From Adineta vaga (Eukaryota > Animalia > Rotifera), in the NCBI GenBank assembly GCA_021613535.1, contig CP075492.1, forward strand, positions 12,028,001-12,092,000: a stretch of DNA of 64,000 nt. Direction: 5' to 3'. Within the stretch, counting starts at the first letter, position 1. The number at the start of each line of letters is the position of its first letter. Position numbers and translations under genes: made by a program. Below the pieces are notes generated by a model. That model was not told where the DNA came from and did no database searches. It worked only from the letters and a program-made list of their open reading frames with translations. This document shows positions 1 through 12,258 of this stretch, one piece after another.

Positions 1-1836
1 ACAATTACATAACAAACAATACAGTAATCAATCGACTAGCCAACCATTTATTGTCTATCATGGACAAGGTTTATCCAAAGTGACTTTTGAACAGATGTCA
101 AAATCTATAAGTACTGTCATGTCATTTAATAGTTTTCTAATCACCAATACGAATATCGAAAAGTCTCGTACATTCGCTGAAAATGCTGTGAATGCTTCCG
201 ATTTAATAGGAATTATTTTCATTATACACATTGATTCAACTCAATCAACAACATCATTTGTTTCGATTCGTGACGTCAGTTATTCTCAGGAAGAAAATGA
301 GATTCTCTTTTCTTTACATACAATCTTTCATATAGATAGTATTAAATCAGTCGATGATAATAATCGCCTCTATGAAGTGAATTTAACACTTGTCAATGAT
401 AAGAATAAAGAATTATATGATTTTACCGATAAAATCAGACAGGAAACGTTTTCGAACAATGAAGGCTGGCATCGGTTAAGTTTAGTTTTAATCAAAATGA
501 ATCGATTAGAACAAGCCGAAGAAATTTATAATAATCGACTCAACCAAATAGCAAATCAAAATGAAGAAGCATATATTTATATACAATTAGGTTGGATTAA
601 AGAAAAACAAGAGAAATATTTGGAAGCAATTCAATGGTATAACAAATCAGTTATGATTTATCGAAAAATTCTACCATTTCATCATCTTACTTTAATTAAT
701 TTATACAAATGGATTGCCAGTATATATTATAACATAAGTGAGTATTCGAAAGCACTTCAATTGTATGAAGAAACTCTTCAAATTCAACAAATAACATTAC
801 CATCGAATCATATTGATTTGGCTGATATTTACAATCACATCGGTAATATACATTACAATATGAAGAACTATTCGAAAGCACTTTTATCTCATGAAAAAGC
901 TCGTACAATTCGAAAACAATCACTATTTGCTACTCATTCAGATTTAATCTTGTCTTATAATAATATTGGTATTGTGTATTTCAGTATGGGTAATTATTCT
1001 CAAGCACTTGTATATCATCACAAAAGTCTTGTAATTCAACAACAAAAGTTTCCTCTTGATCAATTCAGTCTCAGTAAATCATACGATACTATTGGAAATA
1101 TACATTATACGATGAATGATTATAAACAAGCACTTGAATTTTATGAGAAAGCTCTCGAAATTCGTGAACAATCACTTTCTTCGACTCATCTCGATCTAGC
1201 AAAGTCATATAACAATATTGGTGATGCATACGAGAGTATGAATCATTATTCGGAAGCACTTCTATCATATGAAAAAGCTCTGACAATTCAACGCCAATCA
1301 CTTTCTTCCAGCCATGAAGATCTGTCGAAATCCTACTATGATATTGGTCATGTGCTACATAAAATGGGTGATTATTTACAAGCACTTTCATCTTATAGCA
1401 AAGCGCTTAAAATTCAACAACAACTACTTCCTTTTAATCATCCTGATTTAATTACAACTTACGAGAACATTAGCATGTGTACTATAGTTTAAAAGATTAT
1501 CCAAAAGCACTTTCGTTATATGAAAAAGTTCTGAAAATTCAACAACAAATATCATCTTGTAATCAAGTTGATTTAAGCCATTCTTACGTAAATATTGGTA
1601 ATACACAAGTCAAAATGGCTGATCATTCGAAAGCACTTTCATCATACAGAAAAGCTTTTCAAATTCGAAAACAATCACCTTATACAAATCGTTCTCATTC
1701 TATTGTCATCTGTAATAACGTGGAGCATATGGAAGGCAGTACAAATGATCATTAAGAAAAATGTTCGTTCTATGAACGTGCTCTATCGACTCGACGACGT
1801 CAACTACAATTAGATTTATCCAATCCATGCAAATAG
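1..1836 (+). pseudogene. ADP-ribosyltransferase-like domain + TPR-repeat protein, 5'-truncated by the window edge, disrupted near its C-terminus
   Basis: The frame is open from base 2 (…FIVYHGQGL…MSFNSFLITN…EENEILFS, ART-like), followed by ~42-aa TPR repeats (SYNNIG..Y..M..YS.AL..YEKAL.I). There is a frameshift at ~1476 (ENISM/ -> YYSLKDYPKAL). An in-frame TAA at 1753-1755 is followed by more TPR-like sequence (EKCSFYERALS…) to TAG 1836. Confidence 0.75.
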
Positions 1837-2321
1837 AGAATTAACATAGAGGGCATTAATCTTGTGGTTTTTACATATTAAAAAGTAAAAATTTCGAACT
1901 CAACATTTTAATATAGAACACAGAAGATATGATTAGTGTGTATTGTAGACGAAGAGTTGGTAATATCATGAAGATATAGTTCCTAAGATAAGAATAAGAA
2001 GAATTTTTATTATTGATACGACTGAAACATATTATATTTGTTCATTCCATAAAAACAAAACGATTAACATATGTATATATATATATATAGACACAAGGCA
2101 AGTGTAAAAAGGCACTTCATTTAGCAATAAAAACTTAAAGTTAATGTAAGAAAAAAAATGCTTATACAAAATTGACGGAAGACAAAAGAGTAATGCATCT
2201 GACAAACAAATATCTACGTAATTCGTTGCAAGAATGATTAAATATGGAAGACAAAAAACATCATATGAGATAACATTCTACCCAAATATAATTATATACA
2301 GAAAAAAACAAAACGGTTTGA

Positions 2322-3576
2322 TTATTGATTCAATTTGGACACTTCAATTTCTTCACGAATAGCTTCTTCATAGTCACGCAACTTTCGTCCATCTTTAATA
2401 TGAGCATAATTAGCCACAAGACAACAAAGGAAATGAATCTGAAAATCAGAAACTATTAATCAATCATTTCACTAATCAAAACTTTCTTACCAAACCCATC
2501 ACAACAAAAATTGAACCTCCTAAACCAGCCCAAAATCGCGGTGCATGTTCCGTCTAGAGTAAAACAAACAACAGATAAATAGAAACTATCGATTTATATT
2601 CTTGTTTCTTACTAGTGTACATAATTCATTAAATTTTTGTTGGCAAACTTTCAGATCAGGTTTTTCCCTTGGTACAGGAATTCCATAAGTTCCAGGTGTT
2701 AAACAAGCAATTGGTGAAGCTGAATTTGGTTGACCAGACGCTGTCGGCATTGCCCAAGTTTCGACACAACGAGCTTTCAAAATATATAAACCAATACATG
2801 GTACCACCATAGTAATCATTACAATTAACCATATAAGTAATATCATATAGACAATAAATGTAAACTAGAAAGAAATGAGTATGATGCTTTCGAAATTTTT
2901 ATAATTTGATCAACTCTCTGCTTAAAAAATCTCAAATTTTTCCAATGAACTACTCGATATTCCGTATTCTCATAGATGAATACATTTTACTTACAAATCC
3001 TGTTATAATTCGACCACCAAGTCGAGAACGAAAACCAGTATACACTTGATGGCGAGTAGCACCTGTCGCTAATGAACCAACAATAAGTAATATAAGTGCA
3101 AAAGTACCCATAATTGCCATAATAAAAATGACACTTAAACGTAATATACGAATCCTATACAAAGATAAACTATCATTTCAAAATTTTCAAATAAATCTAT
3201 ATTCATACCATTCAAAATCAATATATTCAAATTGAAAAACGTTATTAATTTGTTCAATTGAGACTCGTATTGGATAATAAAGACAACCACAAAATATTCC
3301 TGTACCTGTTAACGTTAAAACAAATGCCAATAATGATGCAAACGGACAACTTCCACAACAACGAAGAAAACCTATGTAAACAAAGTTCGAATGACAACGA
3401 AAACAAATTACACAATCAACAAACTATTTTCTTCATATCTCATATCCGACATTGTCCGATCAGACCAAAGTTCTCGACTTCGATCAGCAAATCGACTGAT
3501 ATCACCTGTAGAAAGCAAAAAAAAATGTTCAATTTGTTTAGTAACTTTTCAACAACATACGATCATGAACAACCAT
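2322..3576 (-). CDS. M6: Myelin proteolipid/neuronal membrane glycoprotein M6 family protein (multi-exon)
   Basis: Spliced exons read MVVHDRDISRF…GFLRCCGSCPFASLLAFVLTLTGTGIFCG…LATGATRHQVYTGFRSRLGGR…HFLCCLVANYAHIKDG…SKLNQ*. The ATGATR…GGR and C..ANYAH motifs are typical of invertebrate M6. Start exon inferred from intron phase. Confidence 0.85.
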
Positions 3577-3794
3577 ATCGACAAGGTGCAAATGTTTACG
3601 ATAGACGTAACACGAACCGTACGGCCGAAATGTTGACAGACAGACCAGCTCAGAGCAGACTGAATAAATAAGCAAACAAAGAATTTCATTGCTGTATGAG
3701 CCGAACCAATGAAATTTTTTCTTCGTCATAAAACAACGACGACTCCTTTCGAAGTAAAAGAAGAAAAAAAACAGATTAGAAACTTTTCTAAACA
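3577..3794. promoter_or_regulatory. Probable bidirectional promoter (M6 / SPIN90-like)
   Basis: Head-to-head start codons ~218 nt apart with a locally CG-richer patch. Inferred from geometry only. Confidence 0.45.
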
Positions 3795-5427
3795 ATGAAT
3801 AATGATGAAATTGTTTCGGATATTATTTCATTAATTCATTCTAATACACAATCAAATTATGTGATTTGTTCAAAAGTTTCATCAAAAATCTTTACCTATT
3901 TATCACAATTACAATTTCATGAGAACCAATGGAATGAATTGATTACAGCAGTTGAAGTAATAAAAATTCAATTCAATCTCCTATGTTTATTTTCTTTGTC
4001 TAGCATTTCGATGAAAATATTGATCATCCGGATCTACAAGAATTTCAACAATTAATTTCGACAATTAGTAACTGTTCAAATGATTGTGAAGAACGAAATT
4101 ATACTTTGGGACGAGATAGAAATACACTTATTGATTCAATTTATCATTTACGAGATTTATTAGTAAGAGAAAAATATTTTCTATCTTTTCGAATTACTCA
4201 TTTTGATTATTGTAGAAATCACATGTTGATCTTCATTGTTTCTTACTAGCAAAATTAATCAAACAACAAGATATACGATTACATTTAATTGATCTTATGA
4301 ATTTAACTGGAATGGTAAGTATGAGTCATAGGAAACTATAGGAAAACAAAATGTTTACTTTATTTAGAATGTTGGCAATGATATTCATGGTATTCTTTGT
4401 GATATCGTTTATCTTCTATGTCAAATCGATCCAACATTTACTACGACAAATGTAATTGATCACCCGATTGTGTTGAATTCTATACGAATTATTCAAACAA
4501 ATATAAATCAGATTTGTTCAAAAGGTGGTTAGAGATATGCTTTGCGTATGTAGCTGCTCTATTATAATGAGAGAAAAAAGCGGAGATCTTCTCGAGATTG
4601 AAAAAAAAGGAAAAAAAGACACTGACTTTTATGAAATTTGTGTTTTTTGTTATTTAGATAACAATACGAAATCAACGGTATTATCTGCTTTAAATCTTTT
4701 ATCAAAACTTCTTTCCACGAATGAACATTTTCCAGTACATACAAATAGTAATTAAGATAATTTTCTTTTGAAATTAATAGGATCTCTTTAAAAATTCTAG
4801 GTGAACTGGTGGATCATGAGTTTTTGAAATCAATATTTGAATTAATTGAAAATAATCATGATGATGAAGAATTAATTTCTGCATCGATGAAATTTTTATT
4901 ATCATTTAATTTACGTTTTGATTATCCACATGAAAATCCCATTGTACAAACATTATTAAGTATAAATGACGAAATATCTTCGAGAGAATTAATCGAACGA
5001 TTAATTTTATTATTCAATCGAAGTAGTAAGTAGATGTTCTCAAGATGAATATATTTTCATTCATTTTCATTCTTCAGTTGATCCAACTGAACATAAAACA
5101 ATCAATTCTATAATTAAATTCTTCGCCGATTTACTCGATGATCAAAGTCGTACAAATGATATCGTCCTATCCGATGCCAATCGACGTTTAATTATTGAAA
5201 TCATTAGTAGAGAATTATCTAATCGTTCATGTACTGATGAGAGTACAACAGGATATCTTTCACTTTTAGAATTATTACTTCGAGGTCAAACGATCACATC
5301 GGATACGTGTACACGTATTGATGAACTTCAAACAACTTTTCGATTGTATTTGTCTTGTGAAACTTGTTTGAATGAAAATCGTTTTATTATCGATGAAATC
5401 ATTCGACAACATCAATACTTATCATAG
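3795..5427 (+). CDS. SPIN90/NCKIPSD (WISH/DIP/Ldb17) leucine-rich-domain protein, no visible SH3 (multi-exon)
   Basis: C-terminal exons: KFLLSFNLRF…NPIVQTL…ELIERLILLFNRS.VDP…SIIKFFADL…LIIEIISRELSN…YLSLLELLLR, resembling the DUF2013/SPIN90 leucine-rich domain. Stop TAG at 5425-5427. Confidence 0.7.
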
Positions 5428-5489
5428 AATGAATTATTTTCTTAAATTTCAGATTAAATTTTCTTTTCTCATTATCATCATCATCATCA

Positions 5490-7295
5490 ATGCCGGAATT
5501 AACAACAGATGAAAAACCGAAATCTTCGGAACAAATCGATTTAGATGAAGCTGAAAATGCTTTAACTGGAAAAGATTATAAAACAGCAAGAGAATTGTTA
5601 GAAAAATTGGGTAATAACATAAGGACTTGAATGTATTCATTTTATTTTCTATATTTGTTCTATAGTTAAATTAGAAGCAAAACCTGACGATGAAGAATCC
5701 ACACGTATTAAAGAAACGGCCATACTTACACTCGGAAAAGTTTTCAAGGAAACAAAAGATGCGAAATGTATAAAACAAAATGTTTGTTTTCTGAATTCTA
5801 TAATCATTTTTCTTTCGTAGCTTTAGCAACATTGATCAAAACAACTCGTCCATTTCTTGGTCTTGTTAGTAAAGCTAAAGCAGCAAAACTTGTTCGAACT
5901 TTAGTTGATCTTTTTCTTGATATGGAAGCTGGTACTGGTGAAGAAGTACATTCATACATCTTACGTATTTTTGTTTTACGATTTGATTATTTTAGGTTAC
6001 ATTATGTCAAGAAAATATCGAATGGGCTAAAAATGAAAATCGAACATTTCTTCGACAAGATCTTGAAGTATACTAATTTGTTTTTTTCAAAACAAAATCT
6101 TTTATTCTTTGTTTTCTTTCGTTTGTTTAGGCACGTTTAGTTGCTTTATATTATGATACAAAAAGGTATACTGAAGCATTAACACTTGGTTCTCAATTAT
6201 TGAAAGAATTGAAAAAACTTGATGATAAACAACTACTTGTTGAAGTTCAATTACTGGAAAGTAAAACTTATTTTGCTTTAAGTAATACTCAAAAAGCAAG
6301 GTAAGATATTGTCTTGACGAAAAATAATGAATACTTGAAACTCTTGTTTTGAATAGAGCTGCTTTAACATCGGCAAGAACAACAGCAAATGGTATTTATA
6401 CACCACCAAAACTTCAAGCTAGTCTTGATTTACAATCAGGTAAATTTCATTTATCTTTTCTAGAGAAAATTATCAATGGATTTTTTGAATTTTAAAGGCA
6501 TTCTTCATGCAGCTGAAGATAAAGATTTTAAAACGGCATTTTCATATTTTTATGAAGCATTCGAAGGTTATGATCAAATCAATAATAATAAAGGTGTTAT
6601 TGCTTTGAAATATATGTTATTATCAAAAGTAATGATGAATTTGTAAGTATTTATTCGTTTAAGTTTAATTCTTCTTAAATATGTTTGTGTGTTGTAAATA
6701 TTAGACCTGATGATGTCAATGCGTTAATGTCGGTAAAATTAGCATTGAAATATAGTGGTCGAGATGTTGAAGCAATGAAAGCAGTTGCACAAGCAAGTAA
6801 AAAACGATCATTAGCTGATTTTCAACAGGTGAGAAATTGAAAATTTTGAGTTTTGTAAATAAAATTTCCTTTATTCGTAGGCATTGGAAGATTATCGAAG
6901 TGAATTATCGGAAGATCCAGTTATTCATTCGCATTTGGGTACATTGTATGACAATTTACTTGAACAAAATCTTAGTCGTCTTCTCGAACCATTTTCGAAT
7001 GTTCAAATTGATCATATTGCACGTTTGATTAATTTACCTCAAGTAAATCTTAGTTTTGTCTCTTTTTTCTTTCAAAATGAATACAAATATATACGTTTAG
7101 GATGTTGTGGAAAAGAAACTTTCACAAATGATTTTAGACAAAAAATTGAGTGGTATTCTTGATCAAGGTTCATCAAATATCGTTATTTTCGATGAACCAC
7201 CAACGGATACTCAATATCAAGATGCTTTGGTTATTATTCAAAATATGTCCAAAGTAGTTGATACACTTTTTAGTAAAACCAAGAAACTTTCTTAG
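5490..7295 (+). CDS. PSMD11: 26S proteasome lid subunit Rpn6 (multi-exon)
   Basis: [89 protein letters not shown]…GILDQG (PCI domain). Confidence 0.97.
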
Positions 7296-7882
7296 ACGTT
7301 TTTTTCTTCTTCATTCTTTTCAATGTTTATTTTCTTTCTTCTGTTAAATTCTTGTTCACATTCAAACATGAACTAAAAACAAACTAATTCTTTCTTTTTG
7401 CTCTTGTTAACTTCAAAGAAAAACAAGAAAATAAACATGATAACCTTTTAAATGTCATATCTTCTTACAAGTTATTTTTATATGATCCATCTGAATACTG
7501 ACGAAAAGGATGTTCATGATCGAACGTACTCTTTGATTATATTAACAGTTCTCGTTCTTAGTAAATTTATGTTAGTCAGTAGAATATTCTTTTCTATTCT
7601 ATATTCCAAATATTAATTGTCATACTCTTTCACGTCTGCATTACAGGTTGTATCAAATCATAGAATTAGAAAAGTACAGTAACGTCGAAATTTATCGTTC
7701 GGAAAGAATTGATTGGATAACTGCTCACATTTATATGGGTAATCGGCACCTGATTATATTCTCATATGAATCTAAATATCAACATGACAATACAAAATCA
7801 GATAGTATTGTGTCATACCTACAGTTAAAATTTTTATGAATATTCGATAGACACGAAAAAAAAAGCTGTCGACATAGAAAAT

Positions 7883-8534
7883 ATGTTGATAATCATCAGT
7901 CTTTTCATTCTCACAGCATCAATTGCCTGTGAACGTGCAACGCCTCCTCCTTACCCAATATGGCCAACTGGTTTCAAGTAAAATTCTTCGTACTGAAAGT
8001 GAAATATATTCGTTCATTCTTTTTTTTCGTAGAACGGAAGCTACAATCGTTGCTTTTGATGAAGATAATCAACCACATTCACATCGTAGCGTGTTTTATT
8101 ATTCATATACTAATCAAACAAGTAGCGGACGTTTACATGGACAAGAACGACATGATCATTTTGGTTATTGCTATGGTTGGGCTTTGAATCAACCAAGTTG
8201 CACAATCTTAATTACTGATAATGTTTATGTTGTTGCTCGTAATCTTTGTTGTTTGGCTATGCCAGGAAATTTTGGTGTGCCTATTAATTGGCTTAAAGGT
8301 GCCACATGGCTCGGAATTGAACAGATCCATGGTCGAACAGTTGATCATTGGTATTCATATGAACATGAATATTGGAGTGAAGTAGATGAACGAAATGATG
8401 GCGTACGATATTCGGGACCAAATTTTAAAACACCACGACAATTTACTGATTATGACGTTTGGCAACTTGGTCCACAAGATCCACGTCTTTTTGATTTACC
8501 AAAAAATGTTGATTGTAGTCAACCTTGCCCATAA
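7883..8534 (+). CDS. Secreted ependymin-related / At4g14100-like protein (2 exons)
   Basis: Exon 1 gives signal peptide MLIIISLFILTASIA then CERATPPPYPIWPTGFK. After an intron (~7978-8032) the ORF has YYSY, CC, PINWLKGATWLG…VDHW and a terminal DPRLFDLPKNVDC, a pattern typical of ependymin/LolA-fold proteins. Confidence 0.6.
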
Positions 8535-9127
8535 ATAAAGAATATCTCAAATAAAAAGAAGGATCCACATTCATAAAAAAATAGTTTCCAATATTTCTTT
8601 TCTTCGTTCGACTATGATAAATTCGAGTTGATATTTATATCTTGTTTATTTTATCAGATTAAAAGCGCTCAGTAATGTATTCGTCTATCCATAAATAATA
8701 GGGTAATATAAATGACCTGTTAACGATTTATATGAAGAAAGCAGGTACTCTTTAATTCATAAGATATTTATAGATTTGACATAGTATACGTCTTAGATCA
8801 ATCGAATTCAATAATAAATTAAAAAAATACTACAGATATTTATTTATCATTCTTACTACTACGAAGTTTTAGTCATTGTATTCATTTGTATATTGGACAT
8901 AGGACATAATATTTTCAAATGGTATTGCTTAAGTACATCAGGGAGAGCTGTTTCCAGGTCAAGGAAATTGAGACAAATAATTTGTTGAATGTTTATAAAA
9001 AAACGAAACTTGTTTCATCTTGTGACATTTTCTATTCATCTGTCTAAAATGATGATTTTCCTTTCTACTAATCATTTCAGGTATATAAGAAGTCGCACCG
9101 ATCATTTCTAATTAGATTCTTTATAAT

Positions 9128-10192
9128 ATGGATTCCGTATTCGATAACAGTAGTACAATAATTCCACCGACCATTTTCGATATTTCATTGAGTCGAAAGA
9201 TTACATTCAGTTTTCTTGTCACTCTAATCATTCCATCGATTGTTTGTTCAGTGTTTATTATCTATCATGTTATTCGAAAGAAAGAAATACGATATCGTTT
9301 GTATAATCATACGATTCTTTGTATTTTTTTTCTTAATCTATTTCAAGTAAGAGAATTTTTATCGAAAAAGATTTCTTTTAATATGGAATGTTCTTTAAGG
9401 CAATTTTGGATTTACCTATGACGATTGCATTTCTTTATCAAGGTCAAGTAGCTATTCCTACCGATCCATTTTGTAAATATTGGTTCATTGCTTTATTTGT
9501 TCACTTCAATTAAATGCATTTCTTTCCATTGAACTTTATCTACTCATTTTTCATGATCGAATTTTAAAAAAGTAAATCAAATTGAAATTTTTAATTTAAC
9601 TAATTGATATTATTTAGATATCAAATCATCTTACATTATATTCCAATGATTATCTTAGTTATTTATCCAATTCCATATTCATTCTCATTTCTCATGTTTT
9701 ATCCATGTGAAAATCAATTTAATTATTATGCTGTTGTATGTGGAGCAGCATGTTATACTTAACAACCAATTCTTGGCATTGCCAATTGGATTTTTAGTAT
9801 CATGCACCATTAATTATTATTGTTCTTCTAAATCTTTTTCTTATTCTTCGTGTTATACAACAGAAAAATATTTGGAAAAAAATAGTCGAATGCTCATGCA
9901 ACTTTTATCCATAACTGGTGTTCAATGCATTGGATGGTTACCTTTAAGTATTATATCAGTTATTGATGTTATTCAACCAATTCTACTTCTAATGGAACTA
10001 CATTAGAATTGGCTACTAATTGGTTGTATCTATTTACCTGTTCTATGTTCACCAATAACAACGATTATTGCTGTACCGGAATTAAGAGATGAAATTTGTA
10101 CATGGTTTCAACGACAAGATACACGAACTCATCCACTAATGACAGTACCAAATATGTTCGAAACTAAACAACAAACATCAATGATGAATTGA
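9128..10192 (+). pseudogene. Class A GPCR pseudogene
   Basis: Three exons with 7TM-like segments. Lesions: frameshift after CKYWFIALF (~9500), ERY->ELY, nonsense TAA in ACYT*QPILG (~9760), and further frameshifts at ~9800 and ~9870. Confidence 0.8.
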
Positions 10193-10370
10193 CAAATATT
10201 TAATCTGAATATTGTTTTGTTAATGTAAACATTATATCATTGAATTATTGAATAAAAAGAAGTGTTTGCTAATAACATGAATATAGATCATTATTCGTCT
10301 ATATCATAACAACGTAAAGACCTGATTATAATTGATGATACATATTTATTTGAACTGATATGAAAATCTT

Positions 10371-11435
10371 TTACAAAATGTGTGATGGTTTATATTTTTC
10401 TTCAACAATACTTGCATTTACTGTTAAATGTCTTAATTCTGATCGGCGATATTGTTGTTGTCGTCGTCGTCGATCATTATAGAAACAACTTATTGATCTT
10501 TTGAGTGCTTTAATACATTGATATCGGAATATATCTGATGAATAAATATAGACGAGAAAACTTGTATAATTACTCCAGAAAAGTAAATAGAAAATCTGAT
10601 TGGCAAGATTTTCTTTTGCTTGAAATAAGATTGATTTATTCATATCTACAGTAATTAGTAAATAACAATTGAAGATGGCAAATGGAAGTGAAGCAAAACT
10701 TGATTTGATAGTTTGAAGAATAAGCATTAATGTTAACTGATGATTTATTTGTCGAATACGAGTTGAATGTGTTGATGTTCGTTTGCGAAGACTACGAGCA
10801 TTTACACATGTCAAAATTCCAAAATAGATCATTATCAATGGAGGAAGAAATCCATTAAAAATACATGTATAAATGATTTGAATTAAAAGACAGGAGATTT
10901 GTTGCGATGAACTTGAACAAATCAATTGTTCATTATGTGAGAAATGATTCATACGAGTGGAACAAAAAAGAACAGGAACAGCGAAACTAAACCAAAAGAT
11001 AATTGTAAAGAAAATACATCGTAATGCAATTGATCGTGTACTAAGTTTCCATCGTGTTGTTTTCCTTGAACTAAGAACATATCGATCGATACCAGCTATT
11101 GTCGTTAATGTTGCTGATAGAACAGTAAAGACAAAGACGATATAACTTTTTAATTTACAAAAAAGATTGGAATTTATCGTCCAATCATAATGAAAACCAT
11201 ATTGAAGAATATTTGATAAAGGTCCAAAATTTAAATGAATGAAATCGCAAATCGAAGCAACAAGAAGATAAAGTGAACAAGAACGACAATTATATGTACG
11301 TTGCATAAATGTTAAAACATTCAATATTGTACCACTCAGACAAAGAATATATAGAATAACACCGAAATATTTGGTAAATTGTTGAGAAAGATGATTATAT
11401 TTGAGTGATATGAGATAGTCGGTTTCATTGAGCAT
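10371..11435 (-). CDS. Intronless rhodopsin-like (class A) GPCR
   Basis: 354 aa, seven hydrophobic segments, SLYLLVASICD, FCKLKSY, IDRY, ECL2 Cys, F.VYIYSS..FR. Confidence 0.9.
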   Translation of the reverse strand: MLNETDYLISLKYNHLSQQFTKYFGVILYILCLSGTILNVLTFMQRTYNCRSCSLYLLVASICDFIHLNFGPLSNILQYGFHYDWTINSNLFCKLKSYIVFVFTVLSATLTTIAGIDRYVLSSRKTTRWKLSTRSIALRCIFFTIIFWFSFAVPVLFCSTRMNHFSHNEQLICSSSSQQISCLLIQIIYTCIFNGFLPPLIMIYFGILTCVNARSLRKRTSTHSTRIRQINHQLTLMLILQTIKSSFASLPFAIFNCYLLITVDMNKSILFQAKENLANQIFYLLFWSNYTSFLVYIYSSDIFRYQCIKALKRSISCFYNDRRRRQQQYRRSELRHLTVNASIVEEKYKPSHIL

Positions 11436-12258
11436 GTTGAAAATGAATAATATGTCTATATGTTTGTAGAATGTATGGAAGCATTTAAATAGAAAGAAGA
11501 GAAATATGAGAATGATGTAGAATTTTCTTTTCTTAATTGTTCATGGATTAGAATGAAATAACAACTGAATGAAAGACGATAAGGACTTGAGGACAGAACT
11601 AAAACGTGAGATATTAACAGTGCAAAAGTTCTTTATAATCAGTGAATGACGTTCATAAAGTTACACTTTAAAAAAATCAGGATTATGGAACATGAAATGT
11701 AGGAGGCTTTTGTTTTTCATCGGGAATATTTTCATTTTGAATCTGAATAAAAATGGTATCACATTATGAATGGTCTATTTTTTAAAGTTTTTCGTTGTTG
11801 TATATCAGTCATTTTTAGATTCATGATAATGTGAGAGACTTGTTCTTTAAGAATCCTTCTTAATCACAAGTTGTGTTAGAGTATTACGTGCAGATTTTAG
11901 TCAAAGAATAGAAGATAATACCCTGAAGATGATGTGAGTAGGTTTAATGTTTTTTTCACTCTAAACACTTGCACACGCAAATAAATGCAACGAATTAGCA
12001 GTTTGAAGAACAATTCCTCATAAAAATCAGTCAAAGTCAAAATTACAATACTAGTCTATTATTACCTAGAAATTTTACACTTCAGCTGACTTAAATTAAT
12101 GTCGTATATCAAATCTATCGTGACATCATCGGAAATTACTGATGACATATACTCTCACTATCGATCTTCTCATTTACGTGAAGGTCTATATTAAATATGA
12201 GAAAGTAATAGGTTAGCGTGACAAAAGATAAATGTCCAAGAGCAAAACTTAAAAAATT

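Noticed and set aside
3258-3671. 137-aa + strand ORF
   Set aside because: Antisense shadow of the M6 5' exons.
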